From: a virus
Taxonomy: Duplodnaviria > Caudoviricetes
IMG/VR virus record: IMGVR_UViG_3300012232_000003
Location: 788-64,787 of that record
Length of the DNA: 64,000 nucleotides
Direction: 5' to 3' (one strand)
Shown one piece after another: positions 43,449-52,754 of the stretch; the stretch's first letter is position 1; every line of letters begins with the position of its first letter. The notes below the pieces were generated by a model. The model did not search any database. It worked only from the letters and a program-made list of their open reading frames with translations, and was not told the DNA's origin. Both the position numbers and the translations under genes were made by a program.

Positions 43449-44290
43449 GCAACGATCCCTTGCACACTAAGTGTTGCTGACATGAACCCATTGGCATGTG
43501 TATTTTGCACGTTCATGTCGTTCATTGACCAGCAGTATCCTACCTCGTGTGGATACGAGCTGGGCCGCCATGCGAAGAAGAACGGTCTCGTGATCGCAGC
43601 TTTTCTGAACGGCTCCAGGTCACTGCGATAGAACTGGGGCGTCATGTTCTTGAACTCGATCTGGGACGTGGTAGTTTCACCCAAGCTCAACCTGCCGAGG
43701 AACTGACCAAACTCACTTCGACCCGTCACCACGTTCGCCACTGAGTTATAGTTGATGATGCGGTGACCCACATACATGCGCCGCTCGATGATGGTGAGTT
43801 TGCCTACGTACACGACGGCCATGCGAGGCACCACACCATTCGGGAAGAGTGTGATGCTCACAGCGAGATAGTGTCCCGGTGTAAACCTGAACATCATCGG
43901 CGTATCGTCAGATGGGATCACCTCGGCGGTCACATCCATCCAATCGTAGTCTCCCGAGCTGTCGATGGCGTGTGCCACTTCGATCTTGACGCCGATCCCA
44001 GCGGTCCCGAAGTTGTGACCCGCGATCCCAACATAGTCGATCAAGTTCTCAAAGTTGTCGGTATAGATCACTCGCTGCATCGACGTCGAGAGGCTCAACC
44101 AATAGAGGTAGGTCGACGGGTTCGCCAACTGCGTCACCGGAAAGAGCGCGTTTGCCGAGTCAGCTTGGATATTTGACGGCAGCACATAGTTGATCCAGCC
44201 CAGGATACCGTTGTTGGCATTGAAGGTAACACCACCAGATGACTGGCTCTGCGAGCTGATGACAAGTTCGGATGAGATGACAACCGTCAT
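43445..44290 (-). CDS. Distal tail protein (putative)
   Basis: Immediately follows the tape measure gene; beta-rich; PFFFAWRP. Confidence 0.6.
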   Translation of the reverse strand: MTVVISSELVISSQSQSSGGVTFNANNGILGWINYVLPSNIQADSANALFPVTQLANPSTYLYWLSLSTSMQRVIYTDNFENLIDYVGIAGHNFGTAGIGVKIEVAHAIDSSGDYDWMDVTAEVIPSDDTPMMFRFTPGHYLAVSITLFPNGVVPRMAVVYVGKLTIIERRMYVGHRIINYNSVANVVTGRSEFGQFLGRLSLGETTTSQIEFKNMTPQFYRSDLEPFRKAAITRPFFFAWRPSSYPHEVGYCWSMNDMNVQNTHANGFMSATLSVQGIVA

Positions 44291-46068
44291 GTGGGCCTCA
44301 GCTGGGTAGCAATGAGTGTCTTGCCACGACTCGTCTCACTGTTGAGAGCGTCGATCAACGACTCCATCTGACGGCCTGAGAAGATCGCGGCAGGGTCAAT
44401 GCCTTGGATCATGATGCTACGGCTGGGAGCCTCTGTCGATGCTGTGGAAGCTCCACCACCACCTGCACTTGCCGTAGGTGCTGTTCCACCGCCACCACTC
44501 TCGGTAGCACCACGGATCGATGCGATCTGGGCTACACCTGCAGCAGCAATCAGCGCAGCCTGTACGAAGCTCCACGGTGGGTCAACCGACGAGAGTGCAC
44601 GTGTGATACCCACAGCAGTATGAATGATCGCCGCACCGATGGCAGCATTCTTGTTCTTGGCGAAAACTGAGGTCAAAGTAGAAGCAGCTACCTCAGCAGT
44701 CCCGAGGATATCATCTTGCTCTTTTTGTTGCAGTCGCTTCTTGATATCTGCAAAAGCCTTCTCTTGCTGGAAGCCTTTGAGACCAACTGCATTGATCTTT
44801 TCTTGTGCCTGTACGACACGATCAGCGTAGGTCGACCACGAGGTGCTCATGTCATCGAGTATGGTTCGTGAGCCTAGCACACGCTCCATGAAGGTGTCAT
44901 AGGCGAACTGCGCGCGTTCTACCTCCTCCTTCATGATCGCGAGGTCTTTGAACCTACCCTTGCCTCCAGTTGAACCTGCACCTGACTCGCCCGCTGGTGC
45001 CGGAGGTTCCTTGACCTTTTTCATCAGCTCTAAGAAACGAAGCATCAGCTCCGTTTCCTCAGCTATCTTGGCTTCAAAGTCGGCTGCGCCCGCACCGGTT
45101 CCGAAAAAGAAGCGCTTCAATATGCCTTCAACGCCAGTGGCCTCGCCCACCTCACGCATCGTTTGGATAAGCGCATTGTTGCGGATCTGCACATCTTGCA
45201 GACGCTTCGCCAATACATTGAGCTCATCAGCAGACCCGGAGACGGGCGTTCGCATCGATTGCAACGCCGCCGCCAGATCTTTGATCAGCTGGATCAGACC
45301 CGTCTGCTGTGCAATCTGAAGCAGTGCCATACCTAGTTCTGTGGTCGCCAGGTTCAACTGAACCATAGCGAGCTTGAAGTCCTTCGCTGATTGTACGCTC
45401 ACCGTATCAAAGACGAGACCTAGGTCCTTTGCTTTTTGCATCAACTCTTTGATGCCTGCCTCACCCTTATTGAGGAAGGGCAACAAGACGAGACCAACTC
45501 GTTCACCGAAGAGCGCCATCGCGATCTGCGCCTTAGCGACACCATCCTCCATCTGCACGAACTTGCGTGCAACCTCAGGAATGATATCAGCGATGGTCTT
45601 AAGGCCACCCTCAGCTGTGCGTGCGTTGATATCCAATTGCCTGAGGGCTAACGCAGTGTCAGACGTCACATTGGTCAACGCATCGCTCATCTTTGAGCTG
45701 AAGCTGCGCACAATGCTAGAGAATTGTTCGAATGAAACTCCCGAGGCCTCGAGGGCAAACTTCAAAGCTGACAGCTTATCGACCGCGATACCTGTCTGTT
45801 GACTTAACCTATTGACCTCACCTGCCTGGCTGATCGCACTGGTGAAAGCGTCATAAGCAAACTTCACCGCTCCTAGGACGGTCACAGTTGGTAGGATCGA
45901 CTTGACCATATTGTTAAATGAATTTCCAACAGCAGCTGCTGTTGAACGTGTATTTTTTTCAACTTTGCCGAGCTCAGTATTAACATCAGTCATACCCTTC
46001 TTGAGATCGACGATGTCGGTCCCGATTTTAATCAGCAGGGTTTCAACTATTGCGCTGTCGGCCACCAA
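44287..46068 (-). CDS. Tape measure protein
   Basis: Ala-rich helical protein of 593 aa following the tail chaperones. Confidence 0.88.
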   Translation of the reverse strand: MVADSAIVETLLIKIGTDIVDLKKGMTDVNTELGKVEKNTRSTAAAVGNSFNNMVKSILPTVTVLGAVKFAYDAFTSAISQAGEVNRLSQQTGIAVDKLSALKFALEASGVSFEQFSSIVRSFSSKMSDALTNVTSDTALALRQLDINARTAEGGLKTIADIIPEVARKFVQMEDGVAKAQIAMALFGERVGLVLLPFLNKGEAGIKELMQKAKDLGLVFDTVSVQSAKDFKLAMVQLNLATTELGMALLQIAQQTGLIQLIKDLAAALQSMRTPVSGSADELNVLAKRLQDVQIRNNALIQTMREVGEATGVEGILKRFFFGTGAGAADFEAKIAEETELMLRFLELMKKVKEPPAPAGESGAGSTGGKGRFKDLAIMKEEVERAQFAYDTFMERVLGSRTILDDMSTSWSTYADRVVQAQEKINAVGLKGFQQEKAFADIKKRLQQKEQDDILGTAEVAASTLTSVFAKNKNAAIGAAIIHTAVGITRALSSVDPPWSFVQAALIAAAGVAQIASIRGATESGGGGTAPTASAGGGGASTASTEAPSRSIMIQGIDPAAIFSGRQMESLIDALNSETSRGKTLIATQLRPT

Positions 46069-46077
46069 AAATCTCCA

Positions 46078-46314
46078 CTAGTGCACGGTAGGTTCGCCCT
46101 CATAGGGACCATACTCTTCTTCGTAGATCTCCTTAACCTCCTCCTCGGTCATCTTGCCAAACATCCTCGGTGCACGACGTCCTTCAAGCATCCAATGAAC
46201 TTCGGTTGGATCGAGTCGCCAAAACTCACTGGACGAGACCGCTCGATCCCGTCCGACCAACGCTGTATAGGCTTGCTCTACAAAGCCACGTTGATCGGCG
46301 CTTCTTCTTTTCCC
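46078..46314 (-). CDS. Tail assembly chaperone frameshift extension (gpGT-like C-terminus)
   Basis: The -1 frame is open after the slippery G GGA AAA at 46314-46308 and reads SSSEFWRLDPTEVHWMLE. Confidence 0.7.
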   Translation of the reverse strand, partial: GKRRSADQRGFVEQAYTALVGRDRAVSSSEFWRLDPTEVHWMLEGRRAPRMFGKMTEEEVKEIYEEEYGPYEGEPTVH

Positions 46315-46706
46315 TCCTCTGGTGCTCCTGCTCCAGCTTCCCCAAGCTTCTGAACTCGCAACATTTCGTCTTCGACTTGACGTTTGATGTTCTCGCGAAC
46401 TTTCTTTGGAAGCATCATCTGCAGCAAGGTGTTCACCATGACCGAGGCGTTCCCGCCCTCGGTTCGATCCCACAGTACCTCGTAAACTTCTTCCTCCTCG
46501 ACCGAGGCACCTGCGAACCGAAGCAACGAGGTATATGCCATCGACAATTTAGCAAAGGGGATCGAGGGTGAAGCAGTGAGCTGCTGCATAGTCACGATAT
46601 CCTCCACGCGCGCGATAGCACGAAGCACGCGTGATGGTGGAATGACGTAGTTCTTCCCCTTCCACGTCATCTCAATCTGTTCGAAGAGTCCGGGCACGTT
46701 AGACAC
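46278..46706 (-). CDS. Tail assembly chaperone (gpG-like)
   Basis: Lies between the tail tube and TMP genes; slippery heptamer near its 3' end. Confidence 0.8.
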   Translation of the reverse strand: MSNVPGLFEQIEMTWKGKNYVIPPSRVLRAIARVEDIVTMQQLTASPSIPFAKLSMAYTSLLRFAGASVEEEEVYEVLWDRTEGGNASVMVNTLLQMMLPKKVRENIKRQVEDEMLRVQKLGEAGAGAPEEGKEEAPINVAL

Positions 46707-46714
46707 TCCTTACG

Positions 46715-47128
46715 TTATGATCCCAGGTAATCCCAGGTCACAGGACCTGAGTTCTGGAACTGGGCTTCGAAAGTCACCGCATCGTTGTAGGGACCCGTGT
46801 CGGTATAGTTCACCAGCACGAAGGTCCCACTGAGCCGATGGCCGGTGGGATAATCGATGATCAACTCACCGGTGCGATCCCGGTGGACCCAGTCGTCCTT
46901 GAGATCGGTGGACTTCGTGACACCACCGCAGTTGAAATCGACGTTGTCCTGGGCTGCACCGTTCTCGTCGGCCAGCTTGCGCCAACCGTCGTCATCATCT
47001 GACGTCAGATCAACCGGCTCGCCCGCCATCGCGATCGAGCGCTCGCGAACGCCACGGATCCGAGCACCTTTCCAAGTGATCGTGATTTTGCGGCCTTTGA
47101 AGCCTTGCCCTTCGGGAATGAAGACCAT
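46715..47128 (-). CDS. Major tail tube protein
   Basis: EPVDLTSDDDDGWRK...GTF...YNDAVTFEAQFQNSG (TP901-1/GTA-like tube pattern). Confidence 0.82.
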   Translation of the reverse strand: MVFIPEGQGFKGRKITITWKGARIRGVRERSIAMAGEPVDLTSDDDDGWRKLADENGAAQDNVDFNCGGVTKSTDLKDDWVHRDRTGELIIDYPTGHRLSGTFVLVNYTDTGPYNDAVTFEAQFQNSGPVTWDYLGS

Positions 47129-47131
47129 AAC

Positions 47132-47545
47132 CTACTCCTCGCGTTGCTCTTCTGCCTCGTATGTAGCGATCAAGATGTGCCGATCGTTATCGTCGCGCCC
47201 CAAGTTTGCGATATTGCTGATCATCTGTACACCGATGAAAGTTGAGTTGTCGGTGATCAGAGGCGCGGGGTGGATCAGCAAGTCTCGGATCTCTTCTTGT
47301 TTCGCAAATGCTGCCAAGTACCCACCGACCTTGGTACTGCGAACTTGTATCTGCACGGTCGCCTTTTGAATGTCGAGCTCATCTGTATCAGGAGAACCAC
47401 CGATGTCATCGAACAAGGTGATCGTCGTATCGGGAGCAACCGGCCCCGTAGTAACAGCAATCGACCATCCCGTGTCGGCACCCCTGGTGCCAACACCGTG
47501 TCCCTCCAGGTAGGTTGCGAGCTCCTCTGCCGGGCTTGCCATCAC
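47132..47545 (-). CDS. Tail terminator/completion protein
   Basis: Synteny; VQIQVRS and LGRDDNDR pattern. Confidence 0.7.
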   Translation of the reverse strand: MMASPAEELATYLEGHGVGTRGADTGWSIAVTTGPVAPDTTITLFDDIGGSPDTDELDIQKATVQIQVRSTKVGGYLAAFAKQEEIRDLLIHPAPLITDNSTFIGVQMISNIANLGRDDNDRHILIATYEAEEQREE

Positions 47546-47946
47546 CTTACCTTTGAGTACTTGATGACCAAGCCGATCACGTCTTTGACGCTTTCAGCGT
47601 AGGCCTTTGAGAGAAACTTCGCCTCGCCTGGGTTCCAGTAGGTACCCAACCCTGAGGGACGCTTCTTACCACGCAGCTTCATCCTTGTGTTGTCGTGCAC
47701 GAACTTCGCGTAGCCAGCGCTGTAGCCTATCTCGACCGAGTTCTCATCTCCCTGTGCTCGTCGAGTAAATGCGCTCGCTCGCAGGAAGCCATACTCTACA
47801 GGTGTACGTGCCATCGAGCGACGCTGGATTAGCATCCCACCAGCAAGCAAGCCACGGATCGCTCCCTGCTCAGTATTCTGCACGACAGAGTTGAGGCGTT
47901 GAAGAACCCTCGTTAGCCCTTTCACACTTCCTGTTCCACTTGCCAT
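47542..47946 (-). CDS. Neck/tail completion protein (HK97 gp10-like)
   Basis: RTPVEYGFLRAS, YAKFVH and EAKFL. Confidence 0.75.
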   Translation of the reverse strand: MASGTGSVKGLTRVLQRLNSVVQNTEQGAIRGLLAGGMLIQRRSMARTPVEYGFLRASAFTRRAQGDENSVEIGYSAGYAKFVHDNTRMKLRGKKRPSGLGTYWNPGEAKFLSKAYAESVKDVIGLVIKYSKVR

Positions 47947-48281
47947 TAGACAAAGACCTTATGGAGTACACGTGTTGCATCCAAACTGGGCGACTGACCT
48001 AACTGTCGGATCTCGCCAGCCTCGACCAATGACCTGGGATCTAGCGTTACCGTCTGATCACCCAGGGCCAGGTAGCCGCGCACAGCAAGTTCTTGATCTG
48101 GATACACGATCGAGCTGCTCGTCACCTCACGTCCATGAGTATCACGAAAGAGTACCGCGTCATTCTGCCATCGACACATGATCAAGATCGGTGTGTCAAA
48201 CGTCATACCACCGAACCCGTCATTCGCCAGCGGCGCCCAATAGGTCGCCTGTTGGTTCATGTTTCTGGTCCACGGTATCAT
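47946..48281 (-). CDS. Head closure protein (putative)
   Basis: QATYWAP..NDGFGG..F...CRW; synteny. Confidence 0.65.
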   Translation of the reverse strand: MIPWTRNMNQQATYWAPLANDGFGGMTFDTPILIMCRWQNDAVLFRDTHGREVTSSSIVYPDQELAVRGYLALGDQTVTLDPRSLVEAGEIRQLGQSPSLDATRVLHKVFV

Positions 48282-48454
48282 CCCTTACCCTTCTTCGGTG
48301 TAGCACGATCTTGCAACTCAGAGTCGATCACCGACACCAGCACCAAGCACGCCACGGTGGCAAGGCGATCAATCGCCGGGCGCTCCTTGTCCTCGAGCAA
48401 CTTCTTAATCGCCACAAGCAGTTCGCTCGGCGCCTTATCTAAATCTGTTGGCAC
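48278..48454 (-). CDS. Hypothetical protein
   Basis: GTG start 6 nt after GGAGG; 58 aa. Confidence 0.45.
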   Translation of the reverse strand: MPTDLDKAPSELLVAIKKLLEDKERPAIDRLATVACLVLVSVIDSELQDRATPKKGKG

Positions 48455-48836
48455 CCAACACCTCCACAAGAGTTTTGCGAAGTCCGATCGTGGTGAGACA
48501 ACCGTTGGGGTCCAACCCAATTGCCTGTAGCCCATAGGTCGTCGACGAGAGTCCGAAGCTCTGCAGTACCGGCTTGGCATAGTTGATAGAAGCGTCACCG
48601 AGCCTTTCCCCAGTAACCACACCTGTTCCTCCCGAGGTTGAGGTCGAGGTCGATGCGATCAGGTGAGCTGCCACCCACTTGATAATCGTTGCCTGCAGGT
48701 CGCACGCGAGAGTGGTGACGCACCTATTGACTAGCAACGCTGCATCATCGATCATCGATTGAACTTGCAGATCGGTCATCCCAGTCGTGATGATGATCCT
48801 AACGTCCTCGACGGTCGGTTCGCAAATTGCACTCAC
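48435..48836 (-). CDS. Head-tail adaptor protein
   Basis: KWVAAHLIA...ERLGDASINY...LSSTTYG...LDPNGCL. Confidence 0.7.
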   Translation of the reverse strand: MSAICEPTVEDVRIIITTGMTDLQVQSMIDDAALLVNRCVTTLACDLQATIIKWVAAHLIASTSTSTSGGTGVVTGERLGDASINYAKPVLQSFGLSSTTYGLQAIGLDPNGCLTTIGLRKTLVEVLGANRFR

Positions 48837-48894
48837 GTTACTCTCCTATTATCGTGGGGTCCCGACGCGTGCCCTTGTCGGAACCCCACTCCCC

Positions 48895-49404
48895 CTAACC
48901 AGCTTGGTTGAGCAGGTCGAGGATATCCAGTCGCTTTGTGGGCAGCTCGGTGTCGAAGATCTGAGCCTCGAATACCCGCTTGCGCCACAGCTTCAGCAGC
49001 GAGTTCTTTCTGATGAGCTGACCTTCTTCGATCAGCATCGTGATCTTTTCGGTACGATCATCGGGAAGCTCGCGTTCGAGCATCTGCTCGACGACGCCCT
49101 CCTCGACCTCCTTCTGTCTTGTATCGCGCGGCGTGATCGAGCGCAAATTGTGACGACCAAAAGCGCGAGCTTCGGCATCGGTCAGATAGACCTCATCCTT
49201 GGCATCGGGATTGCGTTGCGTCCGTGCCGCATAGTGGACGAAGGGCTTCGACCTACGCTTGGTCGGCCTGTTCGTCTCGGGATCCACGAAGGGCTGATCG
49301 AGACCTTCACGACGCGAGTAGGAGCCACGGAGCATCTTGTAGAGCTTCCGCTGCGTACGATCGGCGGTGGTTGTGGGCGTGGTATCGTGGGCCGGCTGAA
49401 CCAT
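48895..49404 (-). CDS. Hypothetical protein downstream of the capsid gene
   Basis: Strong codon bias; AGGAG RBS before ATG 49404. Confidence 0.7.
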   Translation of the reverse strand: MVQPAHDTTPTTTADRTQRKLYKMLRGSYSRREGLDQPFVDPETNRPTKRRSKPFVHYAARTQRNPDAKDEVYLTDAEARAFGRHNLRSITPRDTRQKEVEEGVVEQMLERELPDDRTEKITMLIEEGQLIRKNSLLKLWRKRVFEAQIFDTELPTKRLDILDLLNQAG

Positions 49405-49491
49405 GGTCTGGTCTCCTTGTGAGGGTAGGCGGGCCCGGTATGGACCCGCCACCACTCTATGGATACCAGCCTAGAGCTGGCGTGTCGAGGC

Positions 49492-50595
49492 TTACGAGGC
49501 CTCCGGCATCAGATGGGTGATGCCCGACCGTCCATCGAAGTCCGATTTGAGGCGCGGAACGGCAACCATCATCACCTTGAACTCTTCCACCATGCCACCA
49601 GTGACCGTCCACTGGATGGTCGAGATGTCCTGGCCGATCGCCAGATCCACCACGTTGCGATCCATCGAGATGAGCAGCACGTTATCACCGGTGAGGAAGT
49701 CTGCCACCTCGACACTCTCGATGCCGGTCAGTGCGAGGATGCGCTCCTTGACAGTGCGCGTGTCGCTCGAGGTCGGACCACGATAGTCCTCGTCGAGCTT
49801 GGCCTCGTAGTGCATCGGAATGTAGATGATCCAGGGACCGAAGTAGCGGGCGTTGCGGGACGCCTGCTGCATCGCCTGAACATCTTCGATGATCTGGGCG
49901 TTCTCGCCAGCAGCTCCGTCCAGCTCGTCCCACGGTGTCTGCAGGTTGACGCGGTTGCGATCGGGATGGGTCGTGTACCCGTAGATCTTCGCCTGACCAA
50001 CGGTGGGATCCGTGATCTGGATCTCATCGTTGCCCATGAAGAGGATCGACTCCATCTTCTCGCCCACGAGCCGACCCGCCAGAGCAGCTGCCGTTGTGTC
50101 GATGGCTTCGCCGAATTGACGGCTGGCCACCAGGCGACGAAGCTCGACCTGGAAGTCCTTGTGGACGACAGGCACCGGGACGATCTGCGGACGGAACGCC
50201 GGAGTGTCCTTCTCGCCCGTAGTCACAGCCGACATGTCGACGTTGGCTGGGGTCATGTCGGACACACGATCCCAGAGCGAGACGGTCATGCCGATCGAGC
50301 CGAGGTTGTGGGTCAATCCACGAGAGCGAAGATCTTCGATGCCGCGCATGCGCAGGACAGCTGCTGGGATGACGACCCGATCGATGTCCTTCCACTCGTC
50401 GTACTGCAGCAGCGCGGTCGCGTTGGTCCGGATCTTCTTGTAGACCGGCTTGCCCTTCTCATCGCGACCCTGGACCTGCAGGATATAGGAGTTGCCGTCG
50501 TCTGCGATGAACTGCCGGCGTGCATTGGAGTTGATACGCTCAGAACCCAGGACCGTGGGTGCGGAGGCGATCATTGCTGATGTTGACGGTCTCAT
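49492..50595 (-). CDS. Major capsid protein (HK97 fold, encapsulin/linocin-like)
   Basis: 367 aa; PVPVVHKDFQVELRRL; position after the protease and decoration genes; strongest codon bias. Confidence 0.88.
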   Translation of the reverse strand: MRPSTSAMIASAPTVLGSERINSNARRQFIADDGNSYILQVQGRDEKGKPVYKKIRTNATALLQYDEWKDIDRVVIPAAVLRMRGIEDLRSRGLTHNLGSIGMTVSLWDRVSDMTPANVDMSAVTTGEKDTPAFRPQIVPVPVVHKDFQVELRRLVASRQFGEAIDTTAAALAGRLVGEKMESILFMGNDEIQITDPTVGQAKIYGYTTHPDRNRVNLQTPWDELDGAAGENAQIIEDVQAMQQASRNARYFGPWIIYIPMHYEAKLDEDYRGPTSSDTRTVKERILALTGIESVEVADFLTGDNVLLISMDRNVVDLAIGQDISTIQWTVTGGMVEEFKVMMVAVPRLKSDFDGRSGITHLMPEAS

Positions 50596-50634
50596 AGTAT
50601 TCTCTCCACCTACTCTGGGTTCCCCCGGTTTGCG

Positions 50635-51075
50635 TTACAGGATCGAGACTCGGATGCGGGTGCCGGTCGCTGGACCGCCAGTGCTGTTGACCGCCTCGAG
50701 TGCACGAGCCAGCGAGAAGTTGCCCGACTGCGCCTGCAGCAGACCCTCGCCATTGGACTCGAGCAGCGCGCCGATCGCGACGTTGGACGACGGCTCGATG
50801 AGAGCGTAGATCCAATCGCCTGTGCGAGCTTCCCACGAGAGGACGGTGTCGCCCTGCACGTAGTTGTCGTCAATGCTCTTACCGACGAGCGAGTTCTCGC
50901 GAGCAAAGACCGCGGCGGTCTTGCCAGCAGCCGTCGGATGCGGAACCGCTTTGCCGGCGCTGTTCGGCGAGATGAGCATCCCGGGACGGATCGCGCCTTC
51001 GGCGCAAACCATCTCGGTGTGCGGTGTCATGCTGCCGCGAAGCATAATCGTCTTGGGATCTGTTGACGAGGTCAT
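50635..51075 (-). CDS. Capsid decoration/stabilising protein
   Basis: GAIRPGML...AGKAVPH..AAG...ARALEAV; lies upstream of the MCP gene. Confidence 0.7.
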   Translation of the reverse strand: MTSSTDPKTIMLRGSMTPHTEMVCAEGAIRPGMLISPNSAGKAVPHPTAAGKTAAVFARENSLVGKSIDDNYVQGDTVLSWEARTGDWIYALIEPSSNVAIGALLESNGEGLLQAQSGNFSLARALEAVNSTGGPATGTRIRVSIL

Positions 51076-51115
51076 TGACTTCTCCTATCACCCTGTGGAT
51101 TGAAACTGCCGAAGG

Positions 51116-52507
51116 TTAGGCGGACTTCTTCTTGCGACGATCGGCCAGCTCGTCGCGGATATTGAGGTGCGCCGTCATCGCTGCAACCTCGGCGTCCTCG
51201 ACCTCCTCCTCGCCTCGCGTGATGACACGACCCGTGTAGTTCGGCGTCGGGAAGATGCCGTTAGAGACCAGCTCGAGGGTCTTGTCGTCGAAGGCCTTCG
51301 CGGCTTCCTCGGTGATCGACGTGTTGGCGACGATCTTGGCGATCATCTCGCTGCGCTTCGCAGCAACCTGGTTGGTCGCCAGTGCGAGAGCCGATCTCAT
51401 GTCAGCGGTGATGAGCAGCGGACCCAGCTCGGCAGCCAGTGCCTTGGCATCGATAGCCTTGGGCTGGTTCTTCTTGAGCGCAGCCGTGACCACCTTGTTG
51501 ATGGCCTCGTCGAGCTCGGCTTGGGTCTTCGGCAGTGCGTTCCCGGCCATGTCCTTGTTCTCCTTTTCATCTGCATCGGCGTTCGCCGCGGGCTTCTCCT
51601 CGGCTTCCTTGTCCTTGTCGGGATCTTCCACTACCGGAAGGACGTTGCCAGAGAGATAGTCTTCCCGCATCCGACGGACGGTCGCATCGCTCATCATCAT
51701 CAGCGACTGCTCGTCGTCCGGCGTGTAGGGGCTGTCATCGCTCGAGATCAGATCGGCGATGATCTGGCGACGGTCGTCGTCCTGGCCGCGCTCGTTCGCG
51801 AAGAGGGTGACCATCAAAGAGTTCTTGTCGACCGCACCACCCTTTACTGCAGCACGCAGGACCTCGAACGCATCCGTCTGCTTCTTGTTGAGCTTCACGC
51901 CCTTCATCGTCTTTCTCCTTGAATTGCTGCGAACGCCGCAGCCGTCGGCCCAACTACAGGCCCCTTCCTCGCCAACCAAGATTGCCAGATGGTTGGGCAT
52001 CACAGCCCGATTGACCATCGAATAGGAACGGCCGTTGAGCTCACCAGACTGAGCATCATCACGGGAAAAGTACCCGGTGCTCACGTCGATGGGGAGCTCT
52101 TTCTTGGCCGATAGGATACTCTTGATGAAGTCGGGACCAGCCACCTCGGCAGCGCGGTCAACCTCGATCCAAGCCTCGCCCTTGAGTGAAGTGCCTTCGA
52201 CCTTCACGTTGAACATGCGCCCGATGCTCCACTTACTGAGCGTCGCGGGCGTGTTGGCCGATACAAACTCGGTGCCGTCATTGGGATGGCCCCAGGTCAC
52301 CGGCACACCGTCCCAGGCCTCGGGTATCATCTCTTCTATGGGAAGCAGCGCGTCATTCATGATGACATCTGAGCGGGCCATGACGATGGGGATCTTGACA
52401 ACGGGCCGACCCTCATAGAAATCTTGCTTGGCCTCACCAGGCCGAAGTTGTCGCTGAGTGCGAACAGCATGTCCACTGATCTTTTTCGTGTCGCAGGAAC
52501 AAGCCAC
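51116..52507 (-). CDS. DUF2213-like prohead protease/scaffold
   Basis: AWDGVPVTWGHP, DVSTGY and NHLAILVGEEGACSWADGCG, plus a helical scaffold tail. GTG start inferred. Confidence 0.85.
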   Translation of the reverse strand: MACSCDTKKISGHAVRTQRQLRPGEAKQDFYEGRPVVKIPIVMARSDVIMNDALLPIEEMIPEAWDGVPVTWGHPNDGTEFVSANTPATLSKWSIGRMFNVKVEGTSLKGEAWIEVDRAAEVAGPDFIKSILSAKKELPIDVSTGYFSRDDAQSGELNGRSYSMVNRAVMPNHLAILVGEEGACSWADGCGVRSNSRRKTMKGVKLNKKQTDAFEVLRAAVKGGAVDKNSLMVTLFANERGQDDDRRQIIADLISSDDSPYTPDDEQSLMMMSDATVRRMREDYLSGNVLPVVEDPDKDKEAEEKPAANADADEKENKDMAGNALPKTQAELDEAINKVVTAALKKNQPKAIDAKALAAELGPLLITADMRSALALATNQVAAKRSEMIAKIVANTSITEEAAKAFDDKTLELVSNGIFPTPNYTGRVITRGEEEVEDAEVAAMTAHLNIRDELADRRKKKSA

Positions 52508-52583
52508 TCGGGCGCCCTCAACTAACCATCGACAGGATCTATATACCCATGTCAGATGGTAGGGCAACCAGATGTTAACAGTT

Positions 52584-52754
52584 TTACTCGCAGACGCCCG
52601 GGACACAAGGGAACATCACAGTCCGTCGATCACATTGATGGTAGCATCGGCCACAGATAAGATCAGCCCCATCCATCAATGGTTGGGGGTGCTCGCAACC
52701 CATGGGACAATGCGCATGGGTGCAACCATGATCAGCATACCATCGCTGCTTCAC
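52584..52754 (-). CDS. Small Cys/His-rich putative metal-binding protein
   Basis: HGCTHAHCPMGCEHPQP...CGRCYHQC...PCVPGVC, with a GTGA overlap. Confidence 0.55.
   Translation of the reverse strand: MKQRWYADHGCTHAHCPMGCEHPQPLMDGADLICGRCYHQCDRRTVMFPCVPGVCE

Noticed and set aside
49492-50595. Encapsulin/bacteriocin (linocin) nanocompartment
   Set aside because: It sits in a full head-tail operon with portal, protease and terminase, so it is the phage major capsid protein.
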